64,000 nt of DNA from positions 96,001-160,000 of the forward strand of contig CAXVYR010000004.1 of NCBI GenBank assembly GCA_963666975.2, written 5' to 3'. Shown in pieces: positions 57,384 to 64,000 of the stretch. Within the stretch, counting starts at the first letter, position 1, and each line of letters begins with the position of its first letter. This DNA is from Terriglobia bacterium (lineage in GTDB: Bacteria; Acidobacteriota; Terriglobia; 2-12-FULL-54-10). The notes under the pieces were generated by a model, which worked only from the letters and a program-made list of their open reading frames with translations, did no database searches and was not told the origin of the DNA. The position numbers were made by a program, and so were the translations under genes.

Positions 57384-58161
57384 TTGCAGCGCGGCGCTGG
57401 GAGGAGTTTCGAGATTCTGGTGATTTACTCTGGACGCGAATGCGGTTCGGCTCCCACCACGTCATCAGCGCCGTGGGCGTGGACACCGCAAGCATGTGCT
57501 GGGGATTCAACTGGGCGCGACCGAAAACGCCGCTGCGGTGAAAGACCTTCTCACCCGCCTGCCGCCAGCAAGGTTTGCGCACGGATCAGCGCTATCTGTT
57601 TGTGATCGACGGCGCCAAAGCGCTCGCGCGGGGATCGAGGAAGTATTCGGCAGCAATCAGCTGGTGCAGCGTTGCCGTACTCATAAGCTGCGCAACGTGG
57701 CTGAGCGGTTACCAAAGGGCGACAAAATGCTGGCGAATCAGGTGCGGTCGCTGATGCGCGCCGCCTGGCGATTGCCCCAAGCCGAGGAAGGCATCGTGCG
57801 CATAAAGAAGCTCGCTGGGATGATCGAGTGCGATCATCCGGCAGCAGCCGCCAGCTTGCGCGAAGGGTTGGAGGAGACCTTTACGATCAATCGAGCCGAC
57901 GTTCCTCCCAGCCTCCACCGCTGCCTGGCAACCACGAACCTCATCGAGAGCCCGCAGTCGGGCGTGCGGAAAAAGACTGGCAATGTTTGCCGCTGGCGCG
58001 ACGGCGAGATGACTGTTGCGCTGGGTGGCAGGAGCGTTTCTGCTGACCGAGAAGAATTTCCGGAAGATCATGGGTTATCACGATCTCTGGGCTTTGGCAT
58101 CGATTCTCGGCCGAAGTCCAAACGCTGCTTCCTCTCACAAGGAGAAAGTGGCGAAATATGA
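57384..58161 (+). pseudogene. IS256-family transposase, inverted partial copy with multiple indels
   Basis: Same peptide segments as 56416-57346 in shifting frames. Confidence 0.8.
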
Positions 58162-58635
58162 ACTCAACCCGCCGTCCCAACCTGCATTCTGAGTTTGGGA
58201 CACCTTCTACTCCAGGAGATGAGAGGTACTTCCTGGACACGTTTTCAAATGGACAGCAACGATGCCGTGATAGAACGAATGGACAATTCGCGCGTACTGA
58301 ACTGTGTAGTGGTAGCGTATACGCCATCACAGCGGGCATGTTCGACATCAATATCATAGGCGCTACGCAGTTTCCGATATTTATCGGCGCTGGATATAGG
58401 GCAGGCCCCGCGCACGGTGCTTACCTAAATCTCGGCTATGCTCAGCCCGTCAGCAACAACAGGTCAGTGTGGTTCATTAAAAGCAGCGTCGGCAGATATA
58501 TTCTCCAAGGGCACATTGGTATTGCGGTTCATTGGCCGTGAGTTAGAGGACGATGCCTAAAATGTCTTACAAAATAAATCCCGGTGAGATTCACGGAGAT
58601 TGGTCGTTTCGGTTCGGGAGATTTGGAGGCGGCTA

Positions 58636-58800
58636 ATGAAGTTCGCTAGATGCAACTCAAACGTGCCAGAGGCAGCGAAATTCTGCCCGGAGTGCCGCAG
58701 TGCTCTTCGACCGAACGTCTTGGGGCCGCCGCTGTCGGCGGACAACCCTTCTCCCGAAGATCGGGAACCCCCTTATCAACTTCTTTGGCAAAGGAGGTAA
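58636..58800 (+). CDS. Zinc-ribbon peptide, possibly degenerate
   Basis: GGAGG RBS; RCNSNVPEAAKFCPEC resembles a zinc_ribbon with the first Cys lost. Confidence 0.4.
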   Translation: MKFARCNSNVPEAAKFCPECRSALRPNVLGPPLSADNPSPEDREPPYQLLWQRR

Positions 58801-58806
58801 ATTTCT

Positions 58807-59382
58807 ATGAGGAATTTCTTTCCACTGCTGATTGCGAGTTTAGCGTTGGGCACCGTTTCAACTCTTGCTGCTCAAGAGGCGGCGCGGCCCCAGGCCCCGA
58901 AAACAAAGATCGAAGCGTTTGATGCCCAACAGGGGACCGTAGTCATTCGCGGGTTCTCAAAGATGGGAGAACTGAAAGGCGTTTATGGTGGAGTAGTAAG
59001 CGTGGAAAGCATGGAGTTCACCCACGCGACAACTGGCCGGAAGGAATTTGGAATTGCCATCGATGTCGAGGAAACAAGCGGCCTTGAACGCGAAAGTCGG
59101 TCGTTCATTGATTACGATGAAATTGACCCGCTAGTGAAGGGAATTGATTACATCAGCAAGATAGACGCCTCAGCAACAAGACTCGCTAATTTTCAGGCTG
59201 ATTACCGAACAAAGGGCGACCTCCGGGTGTCAACTTTCAGTTCATCAAGGGGCACGATGTGTTCGATTGAGAGCGGGCAAATCGGAAGCGTCAGCCTATT
59301 TCTCAATCTCGCCGATCTCGCAAGGTTTCGTGGACTTATCATCAGTGCCAAGACAAAGCTCGACTCAATCAAGGGGAATTAG
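58807..59382 (+). CDS. Hypothetical secreted protein
   Basis: AGGAGGT RBS; signal peptide ending LAA-Q; PKTKIEAF...FIDYDEI. Confidence 0.75.
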   Translation: MRNFFPLLIASLALGTVSTLAAQEAARPQAPKTKIEAFDAQQGTVVIRGFSKMGELKGVYGGVVSVESMEFTHATTGRKEFGIAIDVEETSGLERESRSFIDYDEIDPLVKGIDYISKIDASATRLANFQADYRTKGDLRVSTFSSSRGTMCSIESGQIGSVSLFLNLADLARFRGLIISAKTKLDSIKGN

Positions 59383-59504
59383 GCGTGGTTTGGAAACCAT
59401 TATTCCTAGAAATCAAAGGACGAGTTCCGGCTTGGCTTTGGCATTGTGGGGCGGTTCTGATCCGTCCCTAAACCAAGTGAAACAACCGCAGGAGATAAGG
59501 ACTT

Positions 59505-59891
59505 ATGAGACTAATTGCCGCTCTGATGCTGTTGGTTACGGCCGCCCCAGCCGTGGCCGCTGACGATAAGCAACCAAACGAGAAGCTGTGCTCTATCAAG
59601 ACAGTTTATATCGAAGGCCACGGCTCTAACGCCAAGTGGTACAGAGACAACTTGGAAAAGCATACTTGGCTCAAGATAACGACTATCCTGGAGCAAGCAG
59701 ACGCGGTATTTGCTGTTGGGGGAGTTGGCAGCACAGTATTCCCCATAAAGGCAACGCTGACTCGGCGCAACCCTACCGAGCACCTATGGGATGGATCATC
59801 TCGCACGAATCCACTCAAGTTTTGGGGAGGCGGTCCAAGGCCGGGGCTGCTCAAGAAGCTCAACAAGGCCGCAAACTGCCAAGCGAAATAG
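59505..59891 (+). CDS. Hypothetical secreted protein
   Basis: AGGAG/AAGGA RBS; signal peptide ending AVA; IKTVYIE...EQADAVF. Confidence 0.7.
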   Translation: MRLIAALMLLVTAAPAVAADDKQPNEKLCSIKTVYIEGHGSNAKWYRDNLEKHTWLKITTILEQADAVFAVGGVGSTVFPIKATLTRRNPTEHLWDGSSRTNPLKFWGGGPRPGLLKKLNKAANCQAK

Positions 59892-59947
59892 ACAGACGGG
59901 ACGGGCTGTCTAGCATCCGTATGCCGAAAGTGGCATACCTTTCCCCA

Positions 59948-60208
59948 CTAACGCAGCTTAAACGATCCGCAGGACGGGCACACCTGCGCCCCGAAAAGCA
60001 ATTTCTGACACTCGCGTGATACCACCGCCTCGCTGACCCCCAACTCGCGGGCGATACGCGCCTGTACGCCGTGCTGAGGCCCGTATTTGCCGAGGAGCCG
60101 GGCCACATCAAGTCTGCGTAATACGGCCAAATCACGGCGCAATGCATTGTATGCCCGGCGGCCACTCGCCCGGCGAACGGCCTCCCCAAAAGACGTTGGC
60201 GGCTTCAT
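59948..60208 (-). CDS. Small HTH protein with terminal CxxC
   Basis: QARIARELGVSEAVVSRE HTH; VCPSCG. Confidence 0.55.
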   Translation of the reverse strand: MKPPTSFGEAVRRASGRRAYNALRRDLAVLRRLDVARLLGKYGPQHGVQARIARELGVSEAVVSRECQKLLFGAQVCPSCGSFKLR

Positions 60209-60390
60209 CCTCGGCGGCTTCGGAATTATCGAGATAGTTTTCTGGCCTCAGGAAGCTGCATTGAGGGAAAATCGACTCCTATGGTCGTGCGCGGAAAACC
60301 GAGAAGCGAGATTACGCGCAGGGGGCGGCGATCCAGGGGTGCTTGTGACGATTTAGAGCGGTTTCACAATAGCTATCTGGCACCCCGAGG

Positions 60391-60491
60391 TGTCATTCCG
60401 AGGGTCGAATTCTTTTCGGCCCGAGGAATCTGCTTTTCCATTCTGGCCCTTGCGGCGGAAAAGCAGATTCCTCGCTGCGCTCGGAATGACA
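60391..60491. repeat. TGTC/CGTC-tagged palindromic repeat doublet
   Basis: TGTCATTCCGAG...GAGGAATCTGCTTTTCC ... GGAAAAGCAGATTCCTCGCTGCGCTCGGAATGACA. Confidence 0.8.
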
Positions 60492-60697
60492 ACGTGTTGT
60501 GATTTACACAAACTGTGAAAACGATTTAGAGATGTGCTGGCAGAAAAATTTATTTTGCGAAACAAAGCCACTAACCATTTTGGAATCATCAGGAGGTGTT
60601 TCGGAGACAGCTATACAAACCCACCGCATCACAGTAGCTGGTGGTTTCGGATGCTGATCGGCAGACACGCGCCGCTTCAGCTTTTCAAACCAGCCAA

Positions 60698-60774
60698 GTG
60701 GGTACAGGCCTCCAGGCCTGTACTGCGACAGGCAAGCCTGCCCCGAGCGGAGTCGAGGGGAATGCTTGTCCTAC
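60698..60774. repeat. GTRG-tagged REP doublet with a single 24-bp insert (60737-60760)
   Basis: GTGGGTACAGGCCTCCAGGCCTGT ... GACAGGCAAG[CCTGCCCCGAGCGGAGTCGAGGGG]AATGCTTGTCCTAC. Confidence 0.75.
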
Positions 60775-61781
60775 TTCGGCAGCTTGAGCAGGCGGCGGGC
60801 ATTTCCTTCGTAGATTTTCGCCCGGTCCGGGGGCGCAATCGTCGCGGCCTCGATGGCGCGGATGGTCTCGCGGATAAATCCGGGCCCCTTTTCCGGGTCG
60901 AAGGGCATATCGGAGCCGAACAAAATCTGGTCCACCCCAAAAAATGCGATGCCGCACTCCAGCGGCCCCACCGCGCCGAATACCGCCGTATCAGCATAGA
61001 ACATCCGAAAGTAATCAAGCGGACGGCGCTTCAGGTTGCATTTCACCAGGTCGTTGTCGGCCTCCGGAGTGCGGGCACCCAACTGGTCCAGGCCCGGTCC
61101 TATGCGGCCTTCGAAGTAAGGCACCATGCCGCCCGTGTGATGCGTGATAATTTTCAGGTTGGGAAAGGCATCGAACAGCCCGGAGAAAACGATGCGGGCC
61201 ATCGCAATGCTGGTCTCATACGGCCATCCGAAGACCCACCACATTTCGTACTTGGACTTCTTTTCCGCTGGATAATCGGAAAAACTGGCAGGACGCGCCG
61301 GATGCAGCCAGATGGGGAGATCGTGCGCGGCCATTCGCTCAAACAGCGGACGGAACTCGGGTTCATCGAGAGGCCGTCCGTTGACGTTGCTGAATATCTG
61401 CACGCCCCGCGCCTTGAGGTCCCCGACGGCCCGGTCCACTTCCGACACGCAGGCTTCCATATTGTTCATCGGCAAGGACGCCACAAAAGCCGGGAAACGG
61501 TCCGGATGCTTGGCCACCAGTTCCGCCATCCCGTCGTTGGCAATGCGCGCCAGCTCGGGCGAAGTCTTGGGGTCTCCGAAAACCTCCAGCGGCGGCGAGG
61601 CCAGCGTGAGTATCTGCTGGTAGTCACCAAACTGATCCATTATGCGGAACCGCAGCTCCAAATCGGCGAGGACGGGAATCTCGCGAATCCGTTTCTGCAT
61701 GTAACCGGCGCGCTCGGAGAGTTTCATCATCCTTTCGTAAAAAGCGGCGGGAAATATGTGCGGGAAAATATCCAGCTTCAT
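60771..61781 (-). CDS. Amidohydrolase_2 family protein (ACMSD/LigW-like decarboxylase/hydratase)
   Basis: AAGGAGG RBS; DIFPH, AND, HPDRF, WLHP, GWPYET, ITHHTGG, FGSDMPF. Confidence 0.9.
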   Translation of the reverse strand: MKLDIFPHIFPAAFYERMMKLSERAGYMQKRIREIPVLADLELRFRIMDQFGDYQQILTLASPPLEVFGDPKTSPELARIANDGMAELVAKHPDRFPAFVASLPMNNMEACVSEVDRAVGDLKARGVQIFSNVNGRPLDEPEFRPLFERMAAHDLPIWLHPARPASFSDYPAEKKSKYEMWWVFGWPYETSIAMARIVFSGLFDAFPNLKIITHHTGGMVPYFEGRIGPGLDQLGARTPEADNDLVKCNLKRRPLDYFRMFYADTAVFGAVGPLECGIAFFGVDQILFGSDMPFDPEKGPGFIRETIRAIEAATIAPPDRAKIYEGNARRLLKLPK

Positions 61782-61908
61782 GGCGACCTCCTTAAAAATG
61801 CATTGTGCATTCCGGCGGATTTCATTGTCCGTCTCTTCATTGTCCGTATCTTCAATGTCCGGCTCTTCAGTGATTGCCGCCTGCTTACATATTCCCAAAG
61901 CTCCCGAA

Positions 61909-62961
61909 TCATGTGGCGGCCTGGGCCATGCTGCGGAGCCGTTGCCAGGTGAGTCCCTCGCGGGCGGCCAGCGGAAGGCCGGGAACGAGCACCATCATGT
62001 AGGTGAGCACCCAGAGCAAGATGGCCACGCTGGAAGCAACCTCCAAAGGAATTCCAAACAATTCCGTCAGCGCCACGACGATGGCCAACTGCGTTCCGCC
62101 CCCGATGCCGGGAAGCAGCAGCAGAGAACCAAAAACGGCAATCGCCAGCAGCAGCAAAACGGATCCCAGGTCCAGCCGGGTCATTGGCCATCCGAAGGCG
62201 CGCGTAACGCTCCAGTATGTCAGAACCACCGGGACCCACACCAGCAACGAGTAGCCCGCCGCGGCCAGGAAACTGGAAACACTTTCGATGCTCGCCAGGC
62301 CGCCCGAAAAACTCCCCAGCATCTTTCCGAGACGGTCCCGATACCGTTCCGGCAGCATCCACGCAAAGCGCAGCAAAAACCCGATGGTGGCTTTCGAGTT
62401 GGAGCGCAACAGCACGAGCAGCACCGCCACCAGGACAGACACCCCTCCAAGGAAGATTCCGCCCGTCCTCAAACGAGCCGTCGCCTGTGAGCCGTTCGCG
62501 AGGAAATCCGAGTCAGGGGAAAGCAGCAGCAGACCTACTCCCAGCAAAGCACCTACCGTGAGAGCGTCAAAGACCCGTTCCAGGGTCCAGGCAGCCAGTT
62601 GGGAAGAAAGATCAAGATTTTCTTTGCGCGCGATTAAGTAGGGCCGCACGAATTCTCCCGGACGCCCCATCAGCGCTACCGCTGAAAATCCAATCAACGT
62701 AGAAGCAAAGATATTATCCAGCCCCCCTTTCTTCATCGGCAGCAGAAAGACGCGCCATCGGAGGCTGCGAAAAAGATAGCTGGCAAAGATCATAAGGGCG
62801 GCAAGCAAAACGTAGGAAACCCGCACCTGAGCCAGGCTCTGCCAAAAGCGGGCAGCCTGAAACTGCTGCCATTCCGGGTTGGTAGCCAGTCTGTAGGCGA
62901 TGTAGGCTCCCAGAACGAGCAGGAGAAACAGCGTGCTGAAAACTTTCACTCGATACGTCAT
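61909..62961 (-). CDS. Lysylphosphatidylglycerol synthase TM-domain (UPF0104 flippase-like) protein
   Basis: Multi-TM; RSLRWR, GRPGEFVRPYL, LERVFD, PGIGGG. Confidence 0.85.
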   Translation of the reverse strand: MTYRVKVFSTLFLLLVLGAYIAYRLATNPEWQQFQAARFWQSLAQVRVSYVLLAALMIFASYLFRSLRWRVFLLPMKKGGLDNIFASTLIGFSAVALMGRPGEFVRPYLIARKENLDLSSQLAAWTLERVFDALTVGALLGVGLLLLSPDSDFLANGSQATARLRTGGIFLGGVSVLVAVLLVLLRSNSKATIGFLLRFAWMLPERYRDRLGKMLGSFSGGLASIESVSSFLAAAGYSLLVWVPVVLTYWSVTRAFGWPMTRLDLGSVLLLLAIAVFGSLLLLPGIGGGTQLAIVVALTELFGIPLEVASSVAILLWVLTYMMVLVPGLPLAAREGLTWQRLRSMAQAAT

Positions 62962-63378
62962 AAAACGGAACGGAAACGGCAGCTAACTGAGCCTTTTGCC
63001 GGTCATTTGCTTCAGCCCAGGACAAAACCCCTCAGGCGTTTTCATCAACAATCCCGGCATCACTAATCCCGGCATCACTGATGCAAACACATCAGGGAGC
63101 AAACACCCCGGGATAGAATTCCCCTCTTAATGTTTTGTTCCGTTTGAACCAGAAACAGATGGCGATGATTTGCGAAATCCCCGGTTTAAGTCGGAAGCGT
63201 CTTGAATTTAGGATGAGATTATACAATGGCTGCAAGCAGCTATCCAGTGGGTTTCTTCGGTGGGTTTCGCCGGACATCCTGCATTCGCCCTTCACAAAAG
63301 GTAAATCGTGCCGGTTTTTGGAGTGGATTATAAAAACGCTTGCAGGGTTCGCTTTCCGCAAGGGCAGACAAAGCAGCC

Positions 63379-63931
63379 TCATTCCGCTTGGTTTTGCTGA
63401 GCCTGTTTGACTCGGATTGCCTTTGCGCGGGCTTCCCAATCTGCCGCCTCGTCCTCGCGTCCCATCTCGCGAAGCAACGCGGCGTAGTTCTCGATGCTGT
63501 GGCTACGCTGGGATGTTCCGCCCCGAAGGCCTTCTCGGCGATCTCCAATGACCGCCGGTAGAGCGGCTCGGCTTCGGCATAATTTCCCTGGGCGTAGTAG
63601 AGCGAAGCCAGGTTGTCGAGGCTCGCGGCAACGTCGGGATGCTCCGCCCCCAAGGTCTTTTCCATGATCGCCAAGGAGCGCTGATAAAGTAGCTCCGCCT
63701 CGGCGTAATTGCCCTGGGCATCGTAAAGAAACGCCAAGTCGTTGAGGCTTGCGGCGACGCCGGGATGCTCCGGCCCCAGAGTCTGTTCCTGGATTGCAAG
63801 CAACCGCGGTAGAACGGCTCGGCCTCGCTGTATTCACCCTGGGCATAGTAGAGGTCCGCCAAGTTCTTGAGTGTTGCGGTCAGGCGCGGGTCTTGCGTGT
63901 CAAAGCTTTCCGCTTCCTGCAGGGCAGTCAA
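63379..63931 (-). pseudogene. Kinesin-light-chain-type TPR protein split over three frames
   Basis: Repeats LGPEHPGVAASLNDLA.LY.AQG.Y.EAE.LY.RSL continue across frameshifts near 63800 and 63498; pseudogene or sequencing error. Confidence 0.75.
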
Positions 63932-64000
63932 CCAAGTACAACTTATATGTTGTTCATAATATTAGACATACTTGATATTAACCCAACATGATCCCCTCAT

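Larger units (their letters stand above)
56365..58208. mobile_element. IS256-family fold-back: two inverted 3' halves of one element
   Basis: Same terminus AGAAGGTGTCCCAAACTCAG at both ends; arms are reverse complements; flanked by a ~15-bp direct repeat (56351-56365, 58210-58224). Confidence 0.8.
56244..58541 (+). pseudogene. Exported, possibly beta-barrel protein gene split by the IS256 structure
   Basis: N-part 56244-56365 (signal peptide MKLRLSLVILLL...EAQ) and C-part 58210-58541 (PGDERYFLD...HIGIAVHWP) share the duplicated CTCCAGGAGATGAGA; a 1-nt frame mismatch remains. Confidence 0.6.

Noticed and set aside
63379-63931. TPR gene in three frames as programmed frameshifting
   Set aside because: No slippery sites seen; similar indels occur elsewhere in the window, consistent with sequencing error or decay.

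Overview
GC-rich bacterial chromosome segment, most consistent with an Acidobacteriota genome or MAG (Oar-type TonB receptor with carboxypeptidase-like N-terminus, DUF4388 regulator, SYLF protein; inference). The core holds housekeeping genes (purA, moeA, moaC, mogA, trxA, tkt, rpiB, kdsC, rho, lpxL/lpxA/lpxD, nrdR), flanked by accessory regions with an IS1-type transposase, a complete IS1016-type (IS1595 family) element and a fold-back IS256 structure. Main observations: (1) an exported HMA-like protein missed by the ORF track, with an in-frame TGA forming UxxC and a hairpin directly after it (probable selenoprotein, 17075-17572); (2) a 24-bp hairpin micro-element that inserts without target duplication into REP hairpins and into itself, three layers deep at two loci, inside ~130-bp MITE-like shells; (3) about 14 unrelated 12-24 bp tandem duplications. 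Several single-base frameshifts suggest residual long-read errors, so all stop-codon and frameshift claims need read-level checks. No rRNA, tRNA or CRISPR array was recognised.
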